Made by a program: the position numbers and the translations under genes. This document shows positions 50,619-64,000 of a stretch of 64,000 nt of DNA, one piece after another; position 1 is the stretch's first letter; each line of letters opens with the position of its first letter. Location of the stretch: NCBI GenBank assembly GCA_013239625.1, contig MU053934.1:1853031-1917030 (forward strand). The letters run 5' to 3'. The stretch is from Lama guanicoe. Its lineage: Eukaryota. The notes beneath the pieces are model-generated. The model saw only the letters and a program-made list of their open reading frames with translations, was not told where the DNA came from and did not search any database.

Positions 50619-50761
50619 TGAGGGGAGGGAATAGCTCAAGTGGTAGAGCACATGATCAGCATGCATGAGGTCTTGGGTTCAATTCCCAGTATCTCCATTT
50701 AAAAAAATTAAATCAACAGATCTAATTACCTCTACAACAAGCAAACAAACAAACAAACAAA
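50619..50761 (+). mobile_element. tRNA-Ala-derived SINE (Vic-1-like)
   Basis: A and B boxes, (AAAC)n tail, flanking direct repeat atgcatgcct at 50609-50618 and 50762-50771. Confidence 0.88.
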
Positions 50762-52169
50762 ATGCATGCCTGGCTGAGCGTGGTTCTGTCTTTACAGACC
50801 AAGCTATAATTTCCTCATCAACTCAAGTGTGAAACTGCCAAGCTGTTCACAGGCATCAAAACTCCAGAGCTGGAGGGTACAAGTAATTACTTTTTAAGAG
50901 TAAATTGATAACGAGTGTAGGTAATTTGTATAAGCTCATCACTCTCTACTTTTTGTTACTTCGGGGGAAAATGAGGGCCTCTCTTGGAAAAGTGGAAAAG
51001 TCCTTTATTGTCTCAGGCCTCTAATTCTAGCTTGGAAATGGAAGATGCTAATGATAATACCTACACTGTGGGCTGAAGGTATCACGGCCCAACAACACAA
51101 ATGTGACAGAAGAGAAGGATTTGGGCCCCATTTTTACCATTATATTCCAGAAGTCCTCATTTGGACAAATGCAGCCACTATTAAGGCCTGTAACTTCTTG
51201 GCTATGTTTTAGTGGGTTGCCAATCCACAAGATACCTTCAAGTAAGGGTCAGCGGGCAATTCCAAAGGAGGGTGGTTAGACCGACCTTCTGATAAGTAGA
51301 GAAATGCAACAAAATCTGGCTTCAACATCAGACAAAGGGTACGAAAAAAACAGAAGAAACTGAGGATGATAAACAATGTGGGGTCTGATTTAGAGGTGCG
51401 CTTGAAAGCCCACCAATGAGGAGGGTTGTAAAATCTACAGTTGGGCTATAATGGAGCAAGGGGGGCCACGCAGCTACTCCCTCAAATCTCTGCTTTAGAT
51501 GTACCAATAACTCTGTCAAATACTTCAAATGATGTTACTCACTAGCACCTTACTCTGCCTTGATAAGCTTTTTTCCATTCAGAAAACACTAAATATCTAT
51601 TATAGACCAATGAGAGTACTAAGAAGAGAGCAATTAATAGTTCCTGCCCTCAAGGACAGTATGGTCCAATAGGTAGGCAGAACATGTATACAAACATAAA
51701 CCTCATATCCGAAGATGATTCATCAAAGCTTATCTACTTCAAATACTTCAGTTATTTTTGCCTGCTGGCATTTGGAAAAATATCTAAACATGTAGGAACT
51801 GAGGTTCTTTCTTCTCTGCAGGCAGGCTCAGTGATAATCAAGCCTCTGCAGACCCAGGTGGGAGACCCCTAACTGTTACCGCTCTTGCTAATGCACAGTA
51901 TGGGACCAACTGATGGTCAAAACAAGCTCTCATCTTAAGAGCACAAGAAGCTTCTAGCCCAATGTTAAAATCAATTTCTAGAAGTCAAAATTCCAGATTT
52001 CAATGCTTCTCGTTATATGAGAAGTCCTTTCTTTTTGTTCTCCCCATCAACAAGAGGGGACCACCCTACATAAGCAAGATCTAGATTTAAATATGGCTGT
52101 AGTTCACAATAATAAAAAGCACAAATAAATGACATCAATTGGGACAAGTGATTTAAAAGCATTTATTTT

Positions 52170-52325
52170 TAAGAACTTCTTATAACAAGTAATCTTCACT
52201 AAAATCCTGTCAGGTAGGCATTATTAGTTTCATCTGATAGATGAGGAAACTGAAACTCAGGAGGAAAAATGACTTATTCAAGATATAGCTATTACAGCAA
52301 GGATGAAAAATCTTTGACTCTGATC
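52170..52325 (-). mobile_element. MIR SINE remnant
   Basis: agatgaggaaactgaaactcag...tgacttattcaag core. Confidence 0.6.
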
Positions 52326-52724
52326 TCCTTACTTTACTCATCCAATCAGCTGTCAAATTCAGTATATTTTACCTTCATAATTTCTCTTCATTTCCTCCTG
52401 TACAAAATCAGTGCAAATCCCTAGTTCAGAACCTCTTACCTCATTACCAGCTAAAAGCATAAGACCTTTTCCTAACCAGTCTCCCTGCTTTTCTATTCAT
52501 CTTGTATGTGCGACAGATTAATCTACTGAAGTACAATTCTGCTCACTTTCATTTCTTCGCTCAAATACCCTTAATAAAGTCATTTCACAGCCAGGCAGTC
52601 AAATGTTCTTTCCAACTGGTACTCAAGCGACCCTTCTCCCACCTTATTTCTCACTAGTTTCTACTGAGCACCCAAAGCTTCAGCCAAATAAAAATCCATG
52701 CCTTTATTCAAAGACACTTTGGTC

Positions 52725-52928
52725 AGGGGGAGGGTATAGCTCAGTGGTAGAGTGTGTCCTTTGCATGCACAAGGTCCTGGGTTCAATCCCCAGTACCTCC
52801 ATTAAAAAAAAATTATATATATACCTAATTACTTCCCTCACTAAAATAAAATAAAATAAAATAAAATAAAATAAAATAAAATAAAATAAATAAAATAAAA
52901 TAAAATAAAAATTCAGCAAAAAAAAAAA
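52725..52928 (+). mobile_element. tRNA-Ala-derived SINE (Vic-1-like) with (TAAAA)n expansion
   Basis: A and B boxes, poly(A), 15-bp TSD aaagaca(c/t)tttggtc at 52710-52724 and 52929-52943. Confidence 0.9.
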
Positions 52929-53172
52929 AAAGACATTTTGGTCTTTCTCATCTCTCCAACTTTGCTTTGAGAAATGACTTTCCTAATTCTTCCCACCACC
53001 TAAGCAAGTCCAAATTCCAGCCCTCATAATGCAAGGCCTTCTCCACCAAGGAGCCTCAGCTTCTCTCTCTGCAGACCTCCCAGGGCACACCTGTATGTTC
53101 TTTCACTTTTTTCCCAAGAAATATTTACTAACTACTAAGTGCCAGGTACCATGTAAGTCTGGGAATGCAAAA

Positions 53173-53322
53173 AGGAAGGAAGGGAGGAAGGAGGAATGGA
53201 GGGAGGAAGGAAGGAAGGGAGGGAGGGAGGGAGGGAGGGGGGGAGGAAGGAAGGAAGGAAGGGAGGAAGGGAGGAAGGAAGGAAGGAAGGAAGGAAGGAA
53301 GGAAGGAAGGAAGGAAGGAAGG
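53173..53322. repeat. (GGAA)n/(GGGA)n polypurine microsatellite
   Basis: Direct reading. Confidence 0.95.
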
Positions 53323-53369
53323 GGCAGTGTAGGGTAACTGTAAACTGCCAGGAAGTGATTCAAGGAAGG

Positions 53370-55735
53370 GACTTCTGGCTATGATGACATGAACAGGTCA
53401 GTGAATCCACTCCTTAAAAAAAGAAAACTAGATGAAACTGTCCAACAGTCATTTCAGGGTTCTGGAAATCCATCAAAGGCAGATAATAAATAGAGAAATT
53501 TCTTGAAAAATTGCTAGAGCCTTAGGGCAAAACCAGCAGAAATCTACAAACTCATTGCCTGGGGCTCTGCCAACCCATCAACCCCACCTTCTAATCCTCA
53601 GCCCTGCTGGGAGAGCTTAGTTTTCACTGAACAGGGCTTTGCTGCCAGAGGGGGCAGACTCAACCTGGGGCACTGGGGTGGGGGCACAGCAGAAAACCAT
53701 AGCTTTGTCAGCTAAAAGTGGCCAACTTGGTAGGAACCTAACAGGGGAAGTACAGTTCTTGTAGCTTGAGGTTACGGTCTGATTGGGTGAGTGGTGGATC
53801 AGCTAGAAATCTTAAGGGAAGAGCCTGGAAATGAGAGAATCGTGGAACTAGATATGCTCTCCTCACATCTCTGGCTGACTGTGAAAATACACGGATGAGG
53901 AAGGGGAGACGAGAAGACTCGAAAGAAAGAAAAAGCCAAGGCATACTTGAGAACTGGCTGAGCTCTGAATGCAATTCCCAGCCCACAAACAGATGGATAA
54001 CAGAGAGTGGAAGCTTTACAAGCTCAAGGTGCTTAAGCACAACCTCTGCCCAAATCACTGGCTGACCATTAAGCTACGAAGACACAGCCTGACTCCTAGA
54101 CAGGCTGAAAAATAAAAATGACAATGAAAATCACTAAGCAGACACATCAGTGGCTGCACACCACAGAAGAATCACATTCCACAGTTTAAGTTCAGGCAAA
54201 TTACTTAAAACACACACATATACACTTACCTACACCTCTCAAAAAACAAAAAACAAATAAAAACCTTGAGAATTGCTGGGGGAGGGTAACAGCTCAGTGG
54301 TAGAGCACATGCTGAGCAAGCATGAGGTCCTGGGTTCAATCCCCAGCACCTCTATTGGGAAAAAAAAAACCAACAACACTTCAGAGTTTCTCAAATATAT
54401 TACAGAATGTCTAATTTATTAAAACATTACAAGACATGCAGAGAAACAGGAAAGTGTGGCCCTGACTCCAGAAAACAAGCAATAAGTAGAAACAAAAATA
54501 ACACAAATAAATAACTAATTTTAGAAATCACTAAGGGATTTAAAAGATACACAAAGATTTAACAGAAATCAGCAAAGAAGGAACAATAGAAGATATGAGA
54601 CATATAAAAACAAATAATACAATGGTAGACATAAATCCACTCATATTAACAATTACATTAAATGTAAACAGACCAAATGTTCTGATAAAAAGGCAGTAAT
54701 TTTCAGACTGGAAAAAGTAAGATTTAGATGCATGCTTCTCTTTTTTACAAGAGACACACCTTAGATTCAAAGAGTTTGAAACAAAATGAAGGAAAAAGAT
54801 GTCATGCAAACAATAATCATAAGAGTTGAAGTGGCTGTATTAATATCTGACAAAATAGACTTAAGACAAGAAATGTTAATAGAGACAAAGAGGGTCATTT
54901 TAAATTGATAAATGGCCAACTGGTTAGGCGCATTCTGTAGGACAGATCATCTACTACTCCATAAAACAAATCTCACTAAACTTAAAAAGACTCAAATTAT
55001 ACAAAGTATGTTCTCTGACCACAATGGAATTAAATTAAAAACCAACAAAAGAAAGAAACTTGGGACAGCTTCAAACATCTGTAAATTAAACAACACACTT
55101 CCATGTAAACCAGGATCAAAGAAGAACTCACAAGGAAAAGTTTTTAAATACCTTGAACTAAATGAAAATGAAAACACAATATATCACATTTTATGGGATG
55201 TAGCTAAAGGGAAACTTAAGTGGAAAGGTATAGCTTTAAACACATTTTAGAAAGGAAAGAATTCTAAAATCAATGCTCTAAGACTGCAAGTCAAGAAAAT
55301 AGAACAAACCAAACCCAAAGCTAGCGAAGGAAGGAAATAATAAAGACGAGAATGGAAATCAATGAAATATAAAACAGAAAAAAAAATAGATTTTAAAAAA
55401 TCCATGAAATCAAAAGCTGGTTTTCTGGAAAAAGTTGCAAAATCAATAAACCTTAGCTAGGTTGATCAAGAAAAAAAGAGAAGACATAATTTCCAAAATC
55501 AAGAATGAAAGAACGGGTATCACTACAGATGCTATGGAAATTTAAAGGATTGGTGGGATTATTATTATGAATAACTTTATACCAACAAAACAGCTAATTG
55601 AGATGAAACAGAAAAATTCCTAGAAAAATAACAATTACCAGAACTGATTTAGCAAGAAACAGAAAACAAATAAAAGAAGAAAAAAAGAAAAGACTGATAA
55701 CTAGTAAGGAAATAGATTCAGTAATTTAAATACCT
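53370..55735 (+). mobile_element. Degraded LINE-1, 5' region and ORF2 endonuclease/linker remnant; boundaries approximate
   Basis: Peptide remnant IIQSMFSDHNGIKLK (L1 endonuclease SDH motif) and A-rich L1-like sequence with stops and frameshifts. Confidence 0.8.
54278..54368 (+). mobile_element. Short tRNA-derived SINE inserted in an old L1
   Basis: gggggagggtaacagctcagtggtagag...ggttcaatccccagcacctc then poly(A). Confidence 0.85.
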
Positions 55736-56329
55736 TGATAAAGCCTCAGATTTATATTTTATTCCTTCTTTTCCCTTCTTTACCAGTGGTTCTGGTAAGT
55801 CTGTGAGTTCATAATCATTTGAAAGTGATTTGGAAATGCAGCCAATACAGCAGCCAGTATATTCATGATTCTAGAACAAATGCTATGGAAAGCCTCATTT
55901 GTTACCCATCATGCCTAGACTTTCCAAATAAATTGTCTATTATAGTCCATTATTTATGGAGTATAAAATTATGTGCTTATATATAACTGACTGACACTGA
56001 GAAGATAACGTTTTCAAGGAAAGAATGGATTTTCTTTCTTTCTGATCCAACATCTAATAAAAGAAAATGGAAAGTACTTGCAGGTTAAATCCATCCTCAT
56101 GCAACAAAAGCTTTCATTATAAGGCTCTTTAATGGGAAGTAAATCTTATCAAGAGGCTTAAAAGCTGAGTACAGCTCTCCTTCTGATAATCTGATATAGG
56201 AAAGGCAAAAAAAAAAATCTAAAAACTAGAGAAAGATCTCTCTAAGTCGAGTACAGAACGTTTTTTTCTTAGGAAATATACCACACAATCCCACAAAATG
56301 ATTTCCTGTATGATGTGATATATACCTAT

Positions 56330-56745
56330 TGTTGAGGAGAGAAAATGTTCTAGAGTTATGGTGACCAAGACTTGCTAATGGACTGGATGTAGAGACGAAG
56401 AAATAAAGAATGACTTGTATGTTTTGTTTGAGCAGCTAGTAAGTTTAGTAGTTTAATTATACGACAGAGAAAGGATATAAAATAAGAGGGAAAGGGGTTC
56501 TAGGACCCAGCCCTGGAGTACCGCAACAATTAAGAGCTGAACAGAGAAAAAGCAACCAGCAAAGGAGACTAAGAAAGAACTTCCAGTGCTTAGGAGGAAA
56601 ATGGAGTGTCGTGAAAGCCAACAGGTAAGTATTTCAAGGAGGAGGGAGGAGGCGATGTACAGGATGCTGCTGAGAGACTGTGTATGATAAAGACAGGTCT
56701 CAAGGGACCATGAGGTTTTGCAAAATGAAGGTTACCTTGAAACTG
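56330..56745 (-). mobile_element. L2 LINE remnant
   Basis: gagccagc-like purine-rich L2 strings (aaaggagactaagaa, ggagtgtcgtgaaagccaa, ttcaaggaggaggga). Confidence 0.55.
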
Positions 56746-57027
56746 AAAAGAACAGCATCCTGCTAGGTTAACTCTCATCATTGAACTTATGACCTCGTTA
56801 CACTGTCTGCCCCATCTCTAGACTGTAAGCTCCTGGGTAATGACTGAGTTTTATTCTAAATCCTTATCTTCTAATTACAATGCTTGGAGTAGAACTGAAA
56901 TTATGTAAGTGCTACGTAATGTAATGTATATGCTAAACTAACTCAAAGGGTTTTCTGGTGTGATGATTAAGAAGATTTCAACACGATGGCATGCCTCCTT
57001 TCATTTGCCACCCCAACACTCACATAC

Positions 57028-57252
57028 CGTAAGAGATCCGTTCTGTGTGCTGGGTGAGTTGCTACTCTGCTCTCCATGGGCTTGTGTGCTCCCATAGAGT
57101 GTCAGGTTATGCTCACTGGTCTGGCCGGCGTAGTCCTGAGTGTGTGGCACTCCATATTCTGTGGGAATTCCATTCTGTGGAGGTGGTGGAAACGGGATGG
57201 TAGTAAAAGGCTGAACCATTGCGTCAGGAGTTGTTGTTGGCTCCTGGTTACC
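57028..57252 (-). CDS. RBFOX2: RBFOX2 coding exon, 225 nt, GNQEPTTTPDAMVQPF...STQNGSLT
   Basis: Acceptor ctag|GGT, donor ACG|gtatgt, phase 0-0, recognisable RBFOX2 N-terminal sequence. Confidence 0.97.
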
Positions 57253-58699
57253 CTAGAGCAAATAGAGAAAGAGAAAATAGGAGAAAAAGTGACTTTAAAT
57301 TCTCATTATATAATTTTTTTTAAAAGGTGAGCAAACAAAACTCTCTCACTGCCCAGGAAAAATGGAACACTTACTGCCTCAGGATTAGGGGAAGTATTGC
57401 TACAGGTGTACGACATATACATGTACGTATGGAGACACAAACACATACCCCACTTCAGTCAATTTGTGGTTTCTAGACACATCTGTGACCATATTAAAGT
57501 TGACTAGTTACCAAAGGGCCAAAACTTTTCATTTAAACCAAAATTTTTTTAAATGCCAGGACATTTCTTACAGAAGTTAAGTTACAAGAGCTGAAATTAG
57601 TTTGGGACATTAGTGTTCTTTAGAACACTCTCTGTTCCTTTAGTGATTCTTAGGGGGAACCAAATCAATTTCATTAAATCACAATTCATAGCAATAGAGA
57701 GAATATTATAAATTAAATTCTCAAAACCTGACAACACAGACCACTACATTTTAAGAACATAGAGTTCAGGAAAAAGTGTATTATTAAAAAACTTGGTCTT
57801 TGGATTTCAAGGAAGAGATTTATTTAAGTCTTGGCCACTAGGTTAATAAAAAACAAACAAAAAACCCTTTCCTTAAATTAGAAATATTAGAAATAGACAA
57901 AAAAAATTCCTTAGACAACAAAACTTGAGTTTTCCATAATTACTGCTGGTTTTACAAGGCCAGCAACACAGCAGGACACCTCTCCATATGACATCCATTC
58001 CCAGCTGCTTACTTGGGATCCAGTGTGATATTTGAAATATCAATAAAGTAGATGCAGTAACTGGAGGGAATTAGAAGCCATTTTGGTTCCATATCCCCAC
58101 TCTTACTTCTATTCTAAGTTCAGATACAAAAGAAGAGTTTACATTTTGTGTTAAGAGATTTTCCAAAGCCCTCCCTTCTCAACAACTGACCTCTTTACCT
58201 CCCATTTTATTCCATAAAAGGTAGTCATTATTTTACTAAAGATACACGTGTCTGCAACATCTTAGGCCACTGTCCTTTTAGAAGTGCTTCAAATGTTAGC
58301 ACTTTGATAAGCTTTCTCCCTCATATTTTAGACAACAAATCATTAGGGATCAAAGAGAATCTGGGTTTACGTCACTGGTTTCCTCTTAGTCATGAGCATC
58401 ACTTCCTTCAAACAAGGAAGTAATTATTCCTCTTTCTCTCTCAGTCCCAGTTATCCTTCTTTTCCCTCAGTTTAAGAAGGGATTCTCTAACCACTGAGAG
58501 CTCAGGAAACTGAACTTTCAGCAGCATTTTCTAAACATTACCCCAGGTTTTCAAGATTAACTTGATGGTCATTAAACTCATACTATCTCAAACAAAATGA
58601 ATCCAAAGCTGAAAAAGATCTCACAATATTTTCAAAGGAAGGTTCAACCATCATTACCACAATCTGCATTAAATAAAATGGAACAAATCTATAAAGGCT

Positions 58700-61500
58700 G
58701 TTATAAATAGAAAAATATGTGATCATGGATTGGAAAACTGGATATTCTTAAGATGACATGCACCCTAAACCCCACAAACCCAATCAAAATCTCAGCAGGT
58801 GTTTCTGCATAAATTGACAAGCTGTTATTAAAATTTTTGTAGAAATGAAAAAGAACAAAACAATTTTTTAAAAGAACAAAAATTGGAGGACTTACACTAC
58901 CTGATTTCAAGATTTCTTATAAAGCAATGGTAATCAAAACAGTGAAATACTGGCTTAAAGACAGACAAGTAGATAAATGAGATAGAAAAGAATCTAGAGA
59001 GAGACATACACACTTACAGTGAATACTAAGGCATTAAGTCAATTCAATGGGGGAAAGGAAAGTCTTTATAATAAGCAAAAAACTGACTATCCAATGGAAA
59101 AAAATAAACTTCAACTCTTATCCTGCATGTGTGAAAGTTAACTTGAAAGAGATAATAGACCTAAATGTAAGAGCTAAAACTATAAAACTCCTAGGAAAAA
59201 AAATAGGAAAATCTTCACAACTTTGCAATAAAGCAAAAATTTTGGGGGACATAAAAAATAATCTATTAAAGAAAAAACTGGTAAACTAGGTTTCATCAAA
59301 AATTTTTAAAAAGCTATTCCTTAAAAGGCACCATTAAGATAATAAAGAGGTTAAGACAGAGACTGGGAGACAGTATTCATAGTACACATATATGATAAAG
59401 GACACATATCCAGAATCTATAAAGATCTGTTACAAAGCATAATACAAAGAACAAAGCATGTTTTAAAAATGGCTAATGACTTTACAATAACTTCTCACAA
59501 AAAGATACTAATGGTCAGGAAATACATGAACTAGTGGTTCAACAAAATTAGTCATCAGGGACATGAAATTAAAACCAAATGAGATAACCATTTCATACCC
59601 ACTAGAATGGCTAAAAGACTGAAAAAATCAAGTGTTGATAAGGATGTGGAACAAGAATTTTCATATACCAATTATCAAAGTGTAAAACGGTATATCCACT
59701 TTGTAGAACTGTTCTGAAGTTTCCCTTTTTTATAAAGTTAAAATATTCCTTATATTTACCTAAAACAAATAAAAGCATGTGTGTATATATTGTACAAAAA
59801 CACTTGTACAAGAATGTTCATGGGAGCCTTATTCATAATAGCTCCAAACTGAAAATAATTGTGCTCAAATCAATAGGAGAATGGAAAAACAAATTGTGCT
59901 CTTCTCATAAAATGGAATGCTACAGAGCAGAAAAAAGAACTAACTTACAACATGGATGAATCTTAACATTGTGTTGAAGGAAAGAAGCCAGAGACATACT
60001 ATATAATTCCATTCATATGAAGTATAAGAACAGGAAAAAACTAATCTATGGTATCAGAAGTAAGAAAGTTGTCTCTTTTTTTGTTGGGGTTGGGGGAGGA
60101 TAGTGTTGATGGATATTTCGTAGTATGAAACATTCTAAGATGATGGAAATGTTTGATATAATTTGTTATTACAGATATGGTATCATATTGTTAAAATTCA
60201 TTCAGTTGAACACTTGGTAAGTATGTTATTACGTTAATTATAACAAAAGAAAAATAAAACATAAAAAACCATCAGCCAACATCATTTTAAACTGTGAAAT
60301 AATTGTCACTATTATTAAAAATCAGAATATAATTGCACCCATTGCTGTTATTCCTTCTATAAACAAGAAGACAATAAAAATGGAATGGAGTTAAAAATAA
60401 TAAAAACAGACAAGTTATCCTTACAAATATGACTATATACTTAGAAAAGCCAAAATAATTAATTACAAACAAGTAGATCTAATAATAACTATATGTCAGA
60501 TTTATACATAACTATTTTAAAACTGGCAATAACCAGTCATTCAAAAGAATAACAGAATTTATAATATAAAACATACAATATATAATATAAAATAAGACCT
60601 GAATAAACAGAAAGATGTATTTTGTTTCTGGAGGAATATTAAATATAAAAAGATTAATTCTTTGCAAAGTGAAACATATACCTAATATAATTTCCAAGCA
60701 GAAGCAAACTGTGTCTAAGAAAATAGGAACAAATACTTTTTAAATTTTCATATGAAAAATTACTAAGAAAGTTTGGAACAGGAAAGACTATGAAGGGAGC
60801 ACGCTCTATCATATATCACAACTTGCCATAAAACTACTGTAATTAAACAGTAAGAATATACAAAGTCATTAATGGAACATTGATAATCCTAGAACAGATT
60901 CAAATTTATATGGAAACTTAACAGAAGATAAAGGTGGCATTTCAGTTCAGTGTGCGTGGGAGGGATGGCTTATTTATCATATGGTATTTGTAAAAGCTGG
61001 CTACCCACCAGAAAGAAAATACTCATGCTCCATTCCAAAAAAAGGGAGTAAAATCTAAAAACTAAAACTATGAAAACATAAGAAATCTTGGGAGTATAAC
61101 CAGTGTGGGGGGGATTCTTAAGACAGACAGGAAATCTAAAAATCAAAAAGGGAAAAAAAAAATTTGGGTACGAAGTTAGGAAGGAAAGAAGTGAGGGAGG
61201 AAGGGAAGAGGTGAAAAGAGAGGGAGAGAAATGGGCTTCAAATTCAAAAGAAAAGCCAACTGAGGGAAACACCTGCAACAGGTAAGACAGACACACTGGT
61301 TATCAACACCAAGGCAGGAGTAGGAGTAAGTTATACAAGTTGATAAGAAACACACACAACAGAAAAAGAAGCAAAGAATATAATGAAATTCACAGAAGAT
61401 GAAATACAAATGGCTGTATGATAAACATGTTTAATCTCACTAACAAATCAAAATACATATTAACAGCAAAATAAATCCAATTTTCAGTCACCAAGTCAAC
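58700..61500 (+). mobile_element. Old LINE-1 ORF2 3' half and 3'UTR fragments, at least two pieces
   Basis: Typical L1 strings (ggaggacttacactacctgatttcaag, gacctaaatgtaagagctaaaactataaaactcctag), heavily decayed. Confidence 0.8.
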
Positions 61501-61530
61501 AAAGTTTTATTGATATATAATTGACATATA

Positions 61531-61836
61531 CAGTTGGTCCTTCCTATCCATGGGTTCTGCATTATGGATTCAAATAAACACAGAAGGAAAAATATTAGGG
61601 AAAAAAATTCCAGAAAGTAAAACTTGAATTTGCCATAGTCCAGCAACTATTTACACAGCATTTACATTGTATTAGGTATTATAAGTAATCTAGAAATGAT
61701 TTAAAGTGTATGGAAGGATGTGTATGGTTATATGCAAATACTACAGCTCTATATTTAAGGGACTTGAGCATCCGTGGATTTTGGTATCTGCAGGGGGTCC
61801 TGGAACCAATCCTCTGTGGATACCAAGGGATAACTG
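61531..61836 (-). mobile_element. MER2/Tigger-type DNA transposon nested in an antisense L1 3' fragment (about 61503-61975)
   Basis: Imperfect terminal inverted repeats cagttggtccttcctatcca / tggataccaagggataactg flanked by TA; L1 sequence resumes on both sides. Confidence 0.8.
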
Positions 61837-62264
61837 TACAGTAAACTGCACCTATTTATTTACAGTGTACAATTTGGTAAGTTTTGACATATATATGTAT
61901 ACTCATGAAATCACCACCACAATCAAAATAGCGAACATATCTATTCAAAATTCCCTGATGTTTCCTCATGCTCCTAATTAGCATATAACACTTTTATAAT
62001 AAAGACTACAAAGTACTTTTTTTAATATAAAAGAGAATGATGAAAAAATGTAACCAGTAAGAATAAGCCAATATGCTAAAGCACTGAATTACTGTGCTAT
62101 TCTTAAGAAAATGGTAGTGACATTATCTGGAGATAAAAATTCGTAAGCCTTTAATTTTAAAGTTATACAGCATCAAAATTCAGCTGTTTCCAATGTCTAA
62201 GAATCATACCTACATGATACTAAGGATTGCTTTACATAAAAACCTTCCCTTTATTTAGTTCTTA

Positions 62265-62886
62265 TATGATCCAGAAATCCTACTTATGGGTATATATCTG
62301 GAGGGAACTCTAATGTGAAAAGATACATGTACCTCAAATGTTCACAGCAGCACTATATACAATAGCCAAGATATGGAACCAACCTAAATGTCCACCAACA
62401 GATGACTAGATAAAGAAGTTGTAGTATATTTACACAATGGAATACTACTCTACCATAAAAAAGAATAAAATAATGCCATTTGCAGCAAAATGTATGGACC
62501 TAGAGATTGTCATTCTAAGTGAAGCAAGCCAGGAGAAAGAAAAATACCATACGTGGAATCTTTAAAAAAAAAAAAGGCCACTATGAACTCATCTACAAAA
62601 CGGAAACAGACAGACTTGGTAAACAATCTTATGGTTACCAGGGAAAAGGGGTGGGAGGGGATAAATTTGGGAGTTTGAGATTTACAAATGTTAGCCACTA
62701 TATATAAAAATAGATTTTTAAAAAGTTTCTTTTGTATAGTACAGGGAACTATGTTCAATATCTTATAATAATCTTTAATGGAAAAAATATAAAAATAAAT
62801 ATATGTATGTATACACATGACTGGGACATTGTGCTATACACCAGAGATCAACACACTGCAACTGACTGTACTTCAATTAAAAAAAA
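62265..62886 (+). mobile_element. Younger 5'-truncated LINE-1 3' end
   Basis: ORF2 C-terminal strings (aacctaaatgtcca, atggaatactactc, atgccatttgcagcaa) followed by 3'UTR and A tail. Confidence 0.85.
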
Positions 62887-64000
62887 TTATGCTGGGAAGA
62901 CCTTTAATTTTTACTCATAATTTTTCAGGGAAAAAATACCCTTGTCACTCATCGCTATATAAGTTCTTTTCATGACCTCAAGCTCAGGGTATTCTAGATG
63001 ATTTCTCCTTAGCTATTCTGGCTGTCCTAAGAAGGAAATACAATAATTCTCTCCTTTCTCTTTCAAATTACTCAGTGCTATCTATGTATCTATCTACCTA
63101 CCCACCCACCCACACGAAGCATACTGCTTCAGAAGCAGTCACAGGACTTACTGGCTTGAAGACAGACATGACAGAGAAAATTCAATTTCAGGTGGATTGG
63201 TGAATGAAAGAGAATAAGAGCACTGAAGGTCTCCAGAGATCTTCACTCCAACTCCAGGCACAGATACACTCTCAGAGACACAGATAGGGTCTACTAAATA
63301 ATCGGTAAAGGCTGAAAGACACTGTTTCCCAGTTATGATCAACACGGCCAAGGGGACTTCCGATGCTCCCACTTTGCTTCTCTCAGACACTGCTCTTTCC
63401 CTCCAGCCTCCATCCTCCAACTCAACCCTGCTGGGGATGTTGCTCCGGCACACAAGGCACAATATTCATTCTCCCAGAGGCAGTCTCGAGAAGGCTGGCT
63501 CAGTCAACTGGATAAACCTGTCAATTAGCAGTGACAGATGGGAGAAGAAAGGTAGAAACATTTTACAGGATTCACTGTGGCCCTGGCACTGTATGTTTCA
63601 AAGAAATGCAGACAGGCAGAGGCTGTAATACTTTCCTCTAAAAAGGGAAATGCAAACCTCTGTTAGGAGTTCAAGAAGAAATTCTTGGTAGTTATTTTGT
63701 TACTTTCAGGAATTAGCTTCTTTTGTTATCAAAAAACATTGTTTATATACTAAAGGAATGAAACTGGGAGTGATTTTGCATTTTAGCTCATACACTCTGC
63801 AATGTCTAAACACTTCCCCAGGTATACATTACTATAATTAAAAGATGTTATATGGTTTCAGATTCTATTAAATTTCCAAGCTGTATTCTAAAGTTATAAA
63901 TTCAGAAAAGAAGTATTATATAGCTCCAAGACAAAATATGAGACAACAGTCCACAGATGATTATTTCTAGGTGTAATTTACCTCTATGTTTATATGAAAA

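Larger units (their letters stand above)
4785..64000 (-). other. RBFOX2: RBFOX2 gene body, 5' part (first exons, promoters) outside the window
   Basis: Thirteen GT/AG-bounded exons (three of them alternative) splice in phase into a Fox-1 family protein with RRM ([17 protein letters not shown]) and C-terminal RFAPY. 3' end estimated from AATAAA at 4807-4812. Confidence 0.98.

Noticed and set aside
52725..52801. Functional tRNA-Ala gene
   Set aside because: Disrupted stems, A-rich tail, TSD and several diverged copies indicate a SINE.
53029..53384. ORFs of GRKE/PSFL repeats
   Set aside because: Translation of the (GGAA)n microsatellite.
39804..54368. Inverted SINE pairs promoting circRNA or A-to-I editing
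   Set aside because: All four copies are in the same orientation.
54912..55250. Intact L1 ORF2
   Set aside because: Short remnant surrounded by stops and frameshifts.

Overview
Mammalian genomic DNA, probably a camelid (inferred only from four tRNA-Ala-derived, Vic-1-like SINEs). The window holds most of the splicing-regulator gene RBFOX2 on the minus strand. I could place every coding exon from GNQEPTTT... (57028-57252) through the RRM exons, the B40, M43 and 32-nt alternative exons and the last exon (...RFAPY stop), each with GT/AG ends and consistent phases, plus a 3'UTR of about 5.5 kb ending near 4790. The first exons and promoters lie beyond 64000. Introns carry L1, MIR, L2, MLT1, MER2, MER33-like and MER58-like remnants, a solo ERV LTR and a gapped (GT)n-containing minisatellite. 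Almost all ORFs in the supplied track are spurious. I found no new gene or clearly new biological system. The best leads concern splicing control: candidate poison exons flanking the autoregulated RRM exon, in-frame stop codons that would enforce B40/M43 exclusivity, a GG where the SLPLV isoform needs an acceptor, and SINEs that carry the RBFOX motif (U)GCAUG.
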